Positions 1 to 12,572 of a stretch of DNA of 64,000 bases are shown here, one piece after another. The notes under the pieces were generated by a model. The model was not told where the DNA came from and searched no databases. It saw only the letters and a list, made by a program, of their open reading frames with translations. Source of the DNA: Octopus sinensis (taxonomy: Eukaryota); NCBI RefSeq assembly GCF_006345805.1, contig NC_043013.1, positions 31,558,001 through 31,622,000 on the forward strand, given 5' to 3'. A program made the translations under genes and the position numbers. The number at the start of each line of letters is the position of its first letter. Within the stretch, counting starts at the first letter, position 1.

Positions 1-520
1 GAAGTTGGTGACGAAAGAGGGAAATCTTTTCTCGGAAATGAAGAGAATAGCACCTGGTTGGGCGGCCTTTGAGAAGGTGTAATGCCTCATGAGAATACCT
101 AAGGTATCTATGAAAATTAAAAGAATATATCCTGCTCTGATAATTTACGGCAGTAAAATAAGGGCTCTGAACACTAACGTCTTAAATGCCCTCATTGTAG
201 CCCAAAGGAAAATGGAACGAATCGCGTTCGGTATCATATTGCAGGACAAGAAAACCAGCGCCTAGATATGATAGCACTTCCTGGCCGTCGTATTCATAAG
301 AGGTATCAAGGGGAACTGATATCAATGGGCTGTCCACATCGTATGACTGAAAGACAATAGAGGGACAATCAGGATTATGGAATGGACACCAAGACGATAG
401 AGAAAATCAAGAGGAGGACCAGAGACGAGAGATGATACTATTTCACTTGCTACCAAGGGAGTAAGTGACTACGACTGGCCAGAGACTGACTGCAATTGAG
501 GGAGTCCAGAGAGGGGTGTG
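1..520 (+). mobile_element. RTE-clade LINE, decayed 3' end of ORF (runs off window start)
   Basis: From nt 2: KLVTKEGNLFSEMKRIAPGWAAFEKV*...IIYGSKIRAL...AQRKMERIAFGI..QDK, then QWAVHIV*LKDNRGTIRIMEWTPRR*RKSRGGPETR. This matches the RTE C-terminal pattern EI.RRI..GW.AF / YG.ETW / QR.MER..LG / WAGH..R..D.RW..W.P...R..GRP. Contains stops. Confidence 0.85.
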
Positions 521-774
521 GTTTTATATTGGAACATTGCTACGCTTCTCCATTTTGTTACACGAGGCTGTAAATGATTTCAATATATTTACAGGTGTTT
601 CCCTTGCTGTGAGGTTTGTGGCTGGGAACTGAGTTCATCGTAGATTAGTTTAATACCTTAATTCTTCTTATGTGAGAACTCATGTGCAAGTCCAAATTTA
701 TATATGTAAATACATACATACGTGCACGTGCATATCCATACAAAATATGTACACACACGAACACACATATATAT

Positions 775-806
<32 letters not shown>

Positions 807-1004
807 GTATTCATATATTTTTGCGTATGTATATTACGTTCTATTGTTTCTGAGTGTTATTTGGAATTATAATATTGGGGAGAAGAATTGTAAATGGGTG
901 AATAAGAGTGAATGTTAGTGAGTGTGAGGAGTGAAGTTGAGAAAAACGGAAGTGTTTCTTTGAGTGTATCTGTATATGTATATATCTGTGTGTATGTCTT
1001 TGTG

Positions 1005-1036
<32 letters not shown>

Positions 1037-1682
1037 ATGTGTTTGCGTTTGTCTGTGTGTTTACATGTGTATTTCTTCTAGATATGCAAAAAGAGCTGAA
1101 AACGAATGAAAGGAAAATAAAATATCAATTAACAGACATGTGAACATGTACTTACTGATGGAAACCAAAGTTCACCTTCGAAATTGAAGTTTCCAATTCT
1201 TTGAAACCAAAGTAACAAAAATGATTGAACGAACTCGTAAGTCTCTGTAAGTTCGTCTGTGAGCGTGCGTGATCCTATGTTTTCATTTCTTTCAAATTGG
1301 TAAAATTACCTGCAGATATAAACAAAAAGACTCAGTAACAATATTTGAATGTTGTTAGAATATTTACGTGTCAGTTCAAAATAAAAATGTTAAGAATTAT
1401 ATGTGAGTAAAAATTATCAGAATAAACACTTTATTTATGTACACATGTGAAGGTCTAAAGTTAGAAAGAACTGGCAATATTACTTTTAATTCTGGAAATG
1501 CATATGAGGCAGAACAATGTACTTGAGATGCTATGAAACAAGTTAGTCTACTTGAGATGTTACGAAGGAAGACCAAAATTCCCCAATCCCTCTTATGAAA
1601 CAATTTAAATGAGAAATCAATAAGAATTAGAAAGACGCTTGAAAAGATGAATGGCGTGTATATTTTTATATTTGATGAGAAA

Positions 1683-1685
<3 letters not shown>

Positions 1686-1732
<47 letters not shown>

Positions 1733-1790
1733 CAGACAGAAGTCAGACAGACTGACAGACAGAGACAGAGAAACAGACAGACAGGCAGAG
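1686..1790 (+). repeat. (GA)n grading into (GACA)n microsatellite
   Basis: Direct reading. Confidence 0.95.
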
Positions 1791-2854
1791 TAGTACAGTA
1801 CACAGAAGACAATGACCGACTACTTGTTTGGAAAATGAAACAGGAAAAGGCATGTATTTGACAAAACGATGTTCAGACACGATCTATCTAAAACGCCTCA
1901 GGAGTGAAGATTCAAAGAATTTAAGACTTCAGACAGAGATTTAATACCAGAACAGAAATGAAACTAAAGAACAAAGGCTTTCAGTCGAAGGAAACTTTAG
2001 AAACCTTGGACACCATAAAAAATTTTAAAAAACAAATAGGATAGAAATGGGAGTCCGCTTGATGCTGAGATTATGAGGCATACACAGCATTACAGAATGC
2101 AGTGCATCATTAACATGGAGAAAAAATTGCATAACATGTCAGTTTTGTTCCGCTAAGCAATTTCTAGCCGCAAAAATGCAGCATTTGCCTTATTAAATAA
2201 CTCCCGCTATAAAGATAAATTGAAATCCCTCAACAACAATGGTTTCCTAAAATACATGAAGCATGTTATGAGCATCCAGAGTCGTATTTATATCTCAATT
2301 TTGAGAACGAAATTTGATTTTACATCTCGTTAATTTCCTTTGTTTCTATGAGACTGAATGAACCGAACAACACACGGCTGAATATGACTAGCTTTCATTG
2401 TGTATGCTCAAACTTATCATCGCGGTTAAAGATCATGCTTCGAAATAAATGGGATCAAAAACAATTCGCTGAAATGCGTTCTGCTGTCCATTCTGTGATG
2501 GTTAATTAAAACTGGAATTAATCAGTAAGTAAATTTGAGTGTATTCTTAAATGAATGGCCGACCTAGATAAAATCAACGCTGGAACAATGTTTTCGCAAA
2601 TGATACGAAATGATATTACAGTACTGCAGGAGGAACGAGACTATAGGGAGACAGCAATCGTTGTGTTTACAGAAAATAGCTCAAGCCATGAAATGTCAAT
2701 ACGAACTCAAGAATATATCACTGTGTGTGTATGTATGTGTGTGTGTGTGTGTGCGTCTGTCTGTGTGTCTGTGTATACACACATGTATATGCATGCGTGT
2801 GTATCTGTGTGTATATCTATTTGCTTCAGTCATCCTGAGGAAAACTGACATATT

Positions 2855-2894
2855 TTATACATACATATATACATATATACATATATATATATAC

Positions 2895-2945
<51 letters not shown>

Positions 2946-2995
2946 CATATATACATATATATATATACATATATACATATATATATATATTATAT

Positions 2996-3029
<34 letters not shown>

Positions 3030-3127
3030 CTTCCAGATACATACGTAGACATATAGATACACTCTTAGACACGCAAACGTGTATGTTTTTTTTTATAAAT
3101 ATATGTATATGCCTATGAATATATAAA

Positions 3128-3180
<53 letters not shown>

Positions 3181-3200
3181 CATACATACATACACACACA
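2855..3200. repeat. (TA)n/(TACA)n microsatellite complex
   Basis: Direct reading; accounts for the YI-repeat ORFs. Confidence 0.95.
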
Positions 3201-3444
3201 CACGTACATACTTATATGAGATCAAAGGGAGAAGTAAAGTTATTTATGTCTGAGTGCAACAGACTGTTAAAAAACGTAACGTAAAATTAGGAAATAATAC
3301 CCATAACATAAATAATAATGATAATATTGATTCCAAATATTGGAATCTGACCTGAAACGTAGGGGTGGAGACGAAATTATTTGACTGGTAATTTATTTTA
3401 TGGTCCGGGGAATTATGAAATGCAAATATGTCCGCAGTGAGATA

Positions 3445-3539
3445 TTAATAATAATAATTATAATGATAATGATGATAATAATAATAATAATAATTATAAT
3501 ATTAATAATAATAATAATGATAATAATAATAATAATAAC

Positions 3540-3579
<40 letters not shown>

Positions 3580-3600
3580 TAATAATAATAATAATAATTA
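3445..3600 (+). repeat. (AAT)n microsatellite
   Basis: Direct reading; accounts for the poly-Ile ORFs. Confidence 0.95.
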
Positions 3601-3925
3601 TGAAATGAAGGAGTAGCAGGAGGAAAATGATGATAACAATAATAGCAACAACAAAGAAGCATAATAATAATTATGATAATAATGATAGTGAAAATAATGG
3701 TTTCTGATTTAAATATTATGGCAACCATTTCTTAAGGGTGGCGAAGTAGCCTATGCCAGTTCTTGACAGGTGCTTTATTTTATCGCTCCCGGAGGAATGA
3801 AACTCAAAGCTGGCATTGGAAGGATGTCAAATCAAAGGAAAAAAAAAAGCTAATGAAATATCGCCAGTCATTTCCCAGCGCGTTAACTCTCAGCGTTTGA
3901 CTCCTGATTTAGGCACAAGGCCAGC

Positions 3926-4071
<146 letters not shown>

Positions 4072-5423
4072 TGTGTTCGTGCGTACATGCGCAAAGAGAT
4101 CAATAGTATAAGTACCATCCTGAAGAGGATATGTTTTGGTGTTCGATTTATTCGACTAAACTTTCCGATCTGCTTTTCCAGGTATAACCACAGTCTTTCC
4201 AATGCAGTTTTACAAACTATTCCTAAGGTGTTTGCCGAATTGCAGAATTACAAAAACCGTTTTGCAGGATAAAGGCAATACATCTGCATTTTCAATACAC
4301 CAAAATATCAGGACCAAAATCTCAAAACTGAATACTTTATGATTATTGCCACACGTTTTTGAGCAACGCACAACTGAATGGATATAAAGAAGTAAAATTT
4401 TAAAATCGCTGTAGAGTACGTGGACATTATTGCACAACAATGATAGTAGAGTTGCCTAATCACGGTATATGAATACAGTCATGACAGAGGTGAAGATATC
4501 TTTCACCGGTGATCATTTCAATGTCATGTGAGTATTTAAAGAAAAATTCACAGAGTAACAGCCGTGATCTGCATTTTTATGGGATGCTTTTGGTAAAATA
4601 TATCACCCGTTCAGTCTTCCTGCCAAGGATACGGTGGAGTTATGGGACTGCAGCATAGTGGGTTGTGAAAAGGAAGCGGGAGAGCTCGACTGAGCCAGCG
4701 GTGCTTCTTAAATTGATGCTAGGCAGAGGAACCCTAAAAGATCAGCTGTCAGGATCTCCAAGCTTTATTGAGAGAATAACTGCAGTGTTTTCATAAGGTT
4801 GGCGTCTATGGTTATGTAATGTGTATAATCAGCTAATAAGCTCCCGGTTCAAACTCATATTGATGGAATTAGATGGCGATAGGTAGTCAGAGTAATTCGA
4901 GAAAGCAGCGTAAACAAGATGATAAATCCACGAAATTTAGATAGCAAACATACCCTAGGAAGTGCCTCTAAGTATAAGCAACATGCAGTTATTGGAGGAT
5001 CAGAATTCACGCCGACAGTGTGATTAATATTTAAAATCCGCTAATTATTTTCATGAGAGATCAGGTAGGAACCAAATTCACTCTAATCGAATCCAAATAG
5101 ACAACAATATATACTTGCGATAAACGATAAGATAGAAATAGCCAGATATGTTAATAGAGAAAAAAACAGTCCCAACGCTAATAGAGGCTATGGAGATGGT
5201 TACAAAACAGGAAAATACTTAATCGCATCTCCATGAATTATGCATAACTTACAGAAGTTATGAGTGATGCACACACGTTACATGAGGAATAATCAATACA
5301 ACACAAAAACAAGATATATATATATATATACCCAGAATAATGCAAAACAGTACACGTATCCAAAGCACACACACAGCTGCCCCCCAGGGAGCAAAAATGC
5401 ACACATTGTAAATAAAAGTGAAA

Positions 5424-5457
<34 letters not shown>

Positions 5458-5880
5458 CGACGACGATGATGACGACGACGATGATGATGATGATGATGAT
5501 GATGCGCAGGAGGAGTAGGAGAGTTGATGATGATGATGATGATGATGAAGAAGAAGATAACATGGTGTAAATGATTAAGATGAAGATAATGAGGATGTTG
5601 ATGATGATGGCAGTGGTGGTAGTTGTGATGATGATCACGATGATGAGAGTTGATTGCGATTAGCAGCACAGAAGCACAGAGGCAGCAATGGTAATAGTTG
5701 TAGTGGTAGTAGTAGCAGTAGTGCCGGTGGTGCCGGTAGTGGTAGAAGCATTGATGGGGATGGGGGTGGTAGCAGCAAGATTCGGAATACAAGAGAAGTA
5801 TGAACAAGAGAAATAGCAATAGGAATAAAGATCATAACAATAATGATGATGATGATGATGATAATGACAATCATGATGAC

Positions 5881-5928
<48 letters not shown>

Positions 5929-5955
5929 CATGACGATGATCATGACGACGACGAC

Positions 5956-6025
<70 letters not shown>

Positions 6026-6290
6026 ATAATGATGATGACGACGACGACGACGATTATTATTATGATGATGATGATGATGATGATGAAAACGATGGTGTCA
6101 TGATTATCATAAGGATGGGGAGTTGGAAAGGGATGAGGATATGTGATGATGTTGACGACGACAACGACGACGAGGATGATGATGAAAATGATGATGATGC
6201 TAAGGAGGAGGAGAAGGAGTTGCAGATGGCGGAGATGCAGGAAGATGTCGATGAAGTTGATGATACTTACGACAACGACGACGACGACTA
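5424..6290 (+). repeat. Compound trinucleotide array (GAT/GAC with GAG, GTA, GGT tracts)
   Basis: Direct reading; gives poly-Asp/Met/His ORFs in several frames. Confidence 0.9.
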
Positions 6291-6569
6291 TTTATAGGGG
6301 GCTACGCTTAAAAAAAACACACATCAACAACAAAATTTAGGACCACATCAAGACACGACAATGATAACAGCAATAGTAATGTCTTAAAAAGAAAACATCA
6401 ATAACTAAAATGATATTTATCAAAAATATCTGGTCTTTAGGCAGAACCGATCGATACATTTAGCATAGACAATACGAAGTTGGCGTTATCTAAGTCGATA
6501 TTTTGTAAGCTTCGTAAATATATTTTACATACTAACACTTAGCAGTTGAAGTTATATTTCTGAAGTCGT

Positions 6570-6906
6570 GACACTCCGTCGGTTGCGAGGACGATGGTTC
6601 CAGTTGATTCGATCAACGGAACAGCCTACTCGTGAAATTAACTTGCAAGTGGCTGAGCACTCCACAGACGTGTGTACCCTTAACGTAGTTCTCGGAGAGT
6701 GAGTGAGAGAATGTTGAGAGAGTAAGAGTGAGAGAATGTTGCGGTGAAAGAGTACAGCTGGGTTAGCCATCACCCCCTGCCGGAGCCTCGTGGAGATTTA
6801 GGTGTTTTCGCTCAATAAACAATCACAACGCCCGGTCTGGGAATAGAAATCGCGATCCCACGACCGGAAGTCCGCTGCCCTAACCACTGGGCCATTGCGC
6901 CTCCAC
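6570..6906 (-). mobile_element. tRNA-derived SINE (family D)
   Basis: Minus strand begins gtggaggcgcaaTGGCCCAGTGGttagggcagcggac (A box), followed by a B-box-like gatttctattcc. The body is non-tRNA and there is no cloverleaf 3' half. Confidence 0.7.
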
Positions 6907-8114
6907 ATTTCTGCAGTAGCGTAGATAAAATCCAGCCTTGGTAAGAGACCTAGTGTAGCTAAATTCCACTGTAACATAATCAGAATAGATGTGCAGCTCT
7001 TGCAAATGTCATGAGAATATTTGGATTTTCTTTCTCTTTCTATCTTTCTCATTCTCTCTCTCACTCTGTTTATTTTTTCGTATTCTATTCACAGATATCC
7101 ATCGTAGTTATTATAGTATTTATCATGTTTATATAACCGTTAAGTATTCTTACAAAGCTCCGTGCGTTGTAGCATAGTTGATTAGCTTATATAACAATGT
7201 AGCCAGTGAACCGTGCATGATTTTCGGTCGTAGTTCTTTTACTCTGTTGTAATAGGAATACAGATGAAAATTCTCGTTTCTTCATTGGCAGACGTCAAAA
7301 GGACTGGTCAACTATTGAACATGAAAGATCAAGGCTTTGGCAGAAACATATACATCCAATACTCAAGCGCACACAAATGCACACACAAATACACACGCAC
7401 ACCAGACAGACAGTCTCACACACACACATGTAAATACATACAGATATACGTACATAGGTACGTATACTTATTTACTCAGGCAAACAAACATACATATACA
7501 TTTATATCTACATATGTAGGTGGTTATTGTGTGTATAAGTTTGTGCGTGTCTGCATGTGTGTGTGCCTGTGTGTGTGTATGTGTGTGTGTTTGTGTGTGT
7601 GTGCGTGTGCATGAGTGTGTGCCTATGTATGGTATTTATTTCCAGATAAAACTTTACAAATTATTTAGTGTTTTCTATTTCGTTTTTCCGAACATTCACA
7701 AAATCGAAAAGTGGAACCCATCAGACAACTGTTTTCAAGATTGACCTTCCAATACAATAAAGTATAACTTAGCTCTAAGCAACGAAAATTAAATTTGCTC
7801 TTCTGTATTCACACTAATGGTTTTTTGCGTGCGCTAACACATACGTGTACCTAACCATACAAACGCTCGCAAAAACACACACACACACATACACACAGGT
7901 GTATATTTTCTCTAGTGAAATTGGAATAATAGAAGGATGCCTTGCACCTATAATTAAATAGTACGGCCTTATCGAAGTGTGACATTGATACCGAGATGGG
8001 ATTGTAAATCCGATGTACCTGTCTGCCGAATACCTCCCCGCTGCTTACATGAAGTATCAATAAGTTTAGCAGTTTATTAGATTGAACTGCAGGTATGGAT
8101 AGGCGAATCCATTA

Positions 8115-8212
8115 TACATACAGGATTGTATGGTAAGACCATTGCTTCCCAACCACGTTGCCCCGGTGCCAGTCGAACTGCGTGACACTTTGGGTGAGCG
8201 CCTTCTACAATA
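8115..8212 (+). mobile_element. Head fragment of SINE family B
   Basis: tgtatggtaag...cttcccaaccacgt...cagtcgaactgcgtgacactttgggtgagcgccttctac aligns by eye to heads at 18510 and 36015. Confidence 0.6.
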
Positions 8213-8214
8213 AA

Positions 8215-8331
8215 CCCGTGGGCATATGGCGTAGTGGTTAAGAATGCGGGCTACTAACCCCAAGTTCCGAGCTCGATTCCCGGCAGTGACCTGAATAATA
8301 ATAATGATGATGATAGTAGTAGTAGTAGTAT

Positions 8332-8363
<32 letters not shown>

Positions 8364-8525
8364 ACACCAACATCGAAAAATACCATAGGAATGAGAACCC
8401 AGGTTCGAAATTTTCCCAAGACGCCTGATGAAGGCTGATGGGTATATCAGCCGAAACATTGTGTTAGCAACAAACAAGATTAGGACAAATATCCGTCAAA
8501 TGTAAATAATGTACATAATGTACAA
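8215..8525 (+). mobile_element. Composite short element: tRNA-like Pol III head + (AAT/GAT/AGT)n + hammerhead-containing tail
   Basis: A box TGGCGTAGTGG 8227-8237, B-box-like GAGCTCGATTCC 8269-8280, triplet array 8294-8363, unique segment, HHR motif 8420-8465, tail ending in a taatgtaca duplication. Confidence 0.65.
8420..8465 (+). ncRNA. Minimal type I hammerhead ribozyme motif (Penelope-type); stem III mutated
   Basis: gacgc CTGATGA a ggctgat-gggtat-atcagcc GAA ACAT T gtgtt. Stem I gacgc/gtgtt has 2 G-U pairs; stem II is 7 bp. ACAT replaces the usual palindromic ACGT. Confidence 0.7.
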
Positions 8526-8843
8526 GAGGACATATCTTGGAAAAGATAATGATGATAATGGTGACGAGACACGGGTGCCGATAGTAATAACGGTATTGGT
8601 GATTGTGCCGATGATGGCGTTGATGAATTTGACGATGCTAGAGGTGGTCACCTGGTCGTTAATGGTGTGCTGTTAATAGAGTTTGTTTTCATAATGATAC
8701 ACTCTGTTAAGTTGGCTATGGAAATGGATATGATAATGATGCGGATGATAATGATGACGGCAAATTTTGTAGAGATAGTAATCGTAGCAGCATTGATGTT
8801 GGATACACTGCAGTTAAGGCCATCATTATAGTGTTGGTGTATA

Positions 8844-10020
8844 TACGAGGTTGGGCTAAAAAGTTCTTAGCCTGACTATAAAGGTGTGATACAATAACTG
8901 TGACATCTTGCATACAATAATTTCAACACTCCTTCTTAATAACTGCATTGTTTCTCTTCGGGTAAACTGACATCTGATTATTCGAAGACTAGTGGCGACT
9001 TCCCTTGAAAATGGACAAAATTTGGCATCGTTGTGTTATCAAGCACCAGGAGGAAAAGGGTTTAGTCCCTAGGAAATTCATGCTCACATGGTTGCTACAT
9101 TAGGGGATGACGTTCCATCTTTATCAACCGTAAAAAGCTGGGCGGCTGAATTTAGAAAGGGAAGGGAAAGTCTTGAAATTCACCTATGGCCAGGCCGTCT
9201 TGCGGCTACCACCACAGAGGAAAACATTGATGAACTTCATCACATGGTGATAGATGACAGGCGATTGGTTATAATGCAAGTAGTCAATGTTAATTGCGTA
9301 TCGCCTGAGGGTTGAAAATATTCAGCACAATGAACTTCAAATGACGTACGTTTCTGCTTCGTTGGTGCAACCCCTTCTGACACCTAATTAAAAGCGCACC
9401 AGGCTGATCATATCACGGGAAAATCTGACATTGTTTGAAGCAGATCCAACTGGTTTGTTTGAATGAATGTTGGCGTCATCACTTTGGGTCAGAGACAAAG
9501 AGATAATCCATGCAATAGAAATACCCCTCTTCACCTGCTCCAAAGAAGATCAAGGTCATTTCATCAGTAGCGGAGATGATGGCTTCAGTTATGGGGGATC
9601 CAAAACGCAGTGTGTTTGTTGTCTATCTTCAAAAGGGCCACACCAACAATGCCGAATACTATGCCAACTTACTGAGGCAGTTACGAAATGCTATCAAAGC
9701 CAAATCCCCAAGAAAACAGGCTAATGGGTTATTGGTACATGAGGAGAATGCCCCAGCACACAAGTCCTCAGTTTCTATATCTGCTGTGAACGGTTGTAAC
9801 TTTGAAGATTGTTGCTCTCTGTCTGTATTATCCGGATTTGTTCGCCAATAAAAAAGCAAACTTGCCTGGAAACAAGTATCGCTGTGATAATGACGTTATA
9901 TCGGTTGATGATGACTTTTTAGACCAACAGTGTGGAAGCTTCTCCAGAAATTGGATCCTAGCACTACAATACCCTGAGAGTATCTTAGTCAGCCAATGAG
10001 CATTTCATCCAACCCTCGCA
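8844..10020 (+). mobile_element. Mariner DNA transposon, near full length, pseudogenised transposase
   Basis: Diverged TIRs TACGAGGTTGGGCTAAAAAGTTCTTAGCCTGACTA / TAGTCAGCCAATGAGCATTTCATCCAACCCTCGCA. Frameshifted transposase from ATG 9011: MDKIWHRCVIK, LSTVKSWAAEFRKGRESLE..W.GR..ENID..DDRR, YYANLLRQLRNAIK, HEENAPAHKS (HQDNAP), YYPDL (YSPDL). Confidence 0.92.
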
Positions 10021-10182
10021 AGTCTATGAAGTGTTACTCGGAGATGGGTTTGTTTGGTAACTAGTCTATTGGTGCTGGAGTCAGTTATGGTGGCGAAGGC
10101 AGTCTGATGATAAGCATAATAATAGGAGGTGACGCTAGCAACTGTGGTATCTTCGTAGCGAATCTTGAGTTCTGTGTCTTTG

Positions 10183-10184
<2 letters not shown>

Positions 10185-10216
<32 letters not shown>

Positions 10217-10339
10217 TGCATGCATGTATGTATGTATGTTTATGTATGTATGCACGTGTGTATTTGTATGTAAATTTGTATGAATGTATATATATATATA
10301 TATATATGTACATATATATATGTTTATATATATACATAC

Positions 10340-10371
<32 letters not shown>

Positions 10372-10377
10372 CCCTAT

Positions 10378-10410
<33 letters not shown>
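10185..10410. repeat. (ATGT)n/(TA)n/(CA)n microsatellite complex
   Basis: Direct reading. Confidence 0.9.
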
Positions 10411-11089
10411 AATGCTGTAATAGATGAAGTGTAAGAACGTAAGGAAAAGAGCGAGAAAGAGATAGAGAGAGGGAGCATGAGAGAGATATATATATTTACT
10501 AAATTATGAACATAGATATATCCAGACGTATATTTAATAAATTACTTGGATTGATTATGGTCCAATTAGTGAGAGATATCATCAGCCTATAATACAAATC
10601 TGATTAGAAAAATCAGACGATTAATAAGAATATAATCAAATTAAGTAAGGTATACTCTTGATCATTCTGATTAGAATGGACATAACAGTGATGTTAATCT
10701 TTTCCACCATGTATTCTTCGTGTCTAATCTCGTCTGCAAAAGTTCCTGCAATGAAGCCTGATTATATTAATACTAATCAAAAATAATATTGTAAGATGGA
10801 GCGCATCGTTTCATATAGATTTTCGCACCTGGTTTTTCTTTCGTGATTTTGAGATTTGGCACCAGATAAATAGTGACCTAGCCACCATAGGATGACAGGC
10901 GTTCCATCTGTGATCACTGCCTCTTTTTACTTCTGTCAGTTTATGTATAGGTACCCTTCAATGGTGGTCGAGTATAGCTTGGCAGCATGCCGTACTTTCG
11001 CTAATTGCTTTATGTACCATTGTAGTAATGAGCAAGCACAGATCCACCCAATTTGTGTCTGTCCCCATATCCACACACTCTTTCCAGCA

Positions 11090-11270
11090 CCGCATCCAAT
11101 ATTTGACAGTTAGATGGAGAAAGGATGCTGCTAATCAGTACGTCTATACTGCGTGAAAAATCGTGATATGAAGTACCTTGCTCAAAAGCACAATTCCACA
11201 CTGGGTCCAGGAATTGAACCCTGCACAAAATGGTTGCAAGTTGAAGTCGTTTCCACTAGGTTAGACACAT
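11090..11270 (-). mobile_element. Decayed tRNA-derived SINE head (family C-like)
   Basis: Minus strand: ctagtgg...GGGTTCAATTCCtgg (B box)...cttttgagcaaggtacttcatatcacg, similar to the 23830 copy. Confidence 0.5.
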
Positions 11271-11699
11271 TTGGCACTGTATGGGGTTGCATTAAGCAAC
11301 GAGTCCTTTATAAAGACTGCAAATTTTGATTCGAGAGTTGCACTTCTCTTTTCTTTTTTTCTTTCGATTTTCACTCATTCCCACGTTACGTAACAATCAC
11401 CAATTCTGAACACAATACATGTTCAGTATGGCATTGTAGTCGATTCACTTATATTCTAATTAAAATTTGCTAAGTATAAATTCGTTGCGCTCAATAATAC
11501 ACCATAATGAAACACAGATTTTTTAAACTGTTTGTAATACTGTCGACATCATCACATTCACTTGAGCTAACACATTCTCTTTTAATGTCTCATCCTGCGA
11601 TTTAGATGCAAATATGTCGTTTATGTCTTGAGTTTCTGAGCATATATTGAAAACTATATGATTCTTTCCAATTTTAGAAAAAGGCTAGCTATTTTGAGG

Positions 11700-11880
11700 G
11701 GTAGAGGAATTCGATTATATATATTTGAACACCCAACTGGGGTTTTGTATTTCTATCGATCGCAAAAGAGCGTAAGGCACACTCGAGCGGGTCGTATTTG
11801 AACTCAGGATATAAAGATTCAGAAGAAATGCTACTTGCATTTTGTCCGGTGCGGTAACGATTCAGTCTGCTCGCAGCTTC
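11700..11880 (-). mobile_element. Decayed SINE family A copy
   Basis: Reverse complement resembles the family A head and core (..gaatcgttaccgcaccggacaaaatgc...tgagttcaaat..). Confidence 0.55.
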
Positions 11881-11946
11881 ACTGAATAATAAATAACGCA
11901 TGCGTATCTAGTATAAATGTTTTTGCAAGAATTATTGCGGACTAAT

Positions 11947-12572
11947 AAGGTGGCGAGGGGGCAGAATAGTTAGCAAGCCGGACGAAATGCTTAGCGGTAT
12001 TTCGTTTGCCGTTACGTTCTTAGTTCAAATTCCACCAAGGTCGACTTTGCTATTCATCCTTTCGTGGTCGATAAAATAAGTACCAGTTACGCACTGAGGT
12101 CGATGTAATCGACTTAATCCGTTTGTCTGTCCTTGTTTGTCCCCTCTGTGTTTAGCCCCTTGTGGGTAGTAAAGAAATAGGTATTTCGTCTGCCGGTACG
12201 TTATGAGTTGAAATTTTGAAGATGTCGACTGTGCCTTTCATCCTTTCGGGGTCGATAGATGAAGTACCAGTTGTGTACTGGGGTTGGTTTAACCGAGTAA
12301 TCCCCTCCCCACAAATCTGAGGTCTTGTGCCTCCAGTAGAAAGTATTATTGTGGAGTACTAAGACAGCGAACTGGCAGATTCGTTAGCAAGCCGGGCGAA
12401 ATGCCTAGCGCTATTTCGACTGCCGGTACGTTCTGAGTTCAAATTCCAGGTCGACTTTGCTTTTTATCATTTCGGGGTCGGTAAATTAAGTACCATTGAA
12501 ACATTGGTGTCGATGTAATCGACTTGTCCCCTCCCCTGAAATGGCTGCACTTGTGGAATAATTTGAAACCAA
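11947..12572 (+). mobile_element. Three tandem SINE family A copies (11947-12180, 12181-12350 5'-truncated, 12364-12572)
   Basis: Repeated head (ggcg..ctggcagaa..gttagc..gccgg.cgaaatgc..tgagttcaaattcc) and core gtcgactttgc.tttcatcctttcggggtcgataaa.taagtaccag. The third copy is flanked by the 17-bp direct repeat tattgtggagtactaag. Confidence 0.88.

Noticed and set aside
4120-4150. CTGAAGA followed by a weak hairpin (similar cases at 47643, 50841 and 58645)
   Set aside because: No GAAA after stem II, or no stem I/II pairing; not hammerheads
4488-4506. Near-palindrome ggtgaagatatctttcacc
   Set aside because: Too short to distinguish from chance
4742-4787. TCAGCTGTCA resembles the start of miR-1989 as I recall it, within a weak hairpin
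   Set aside because: Only the first 10 nt match and the stem is short and bulged; not a credible pre-miRNA without small-RNA data
6860-6906. tRNA-like sequences here and at 8221, 23521 and 23831
   Set aside because: A/B boxes are present but there is no complete cloverleaf, and each runs into a SINE body; not tRNA genes
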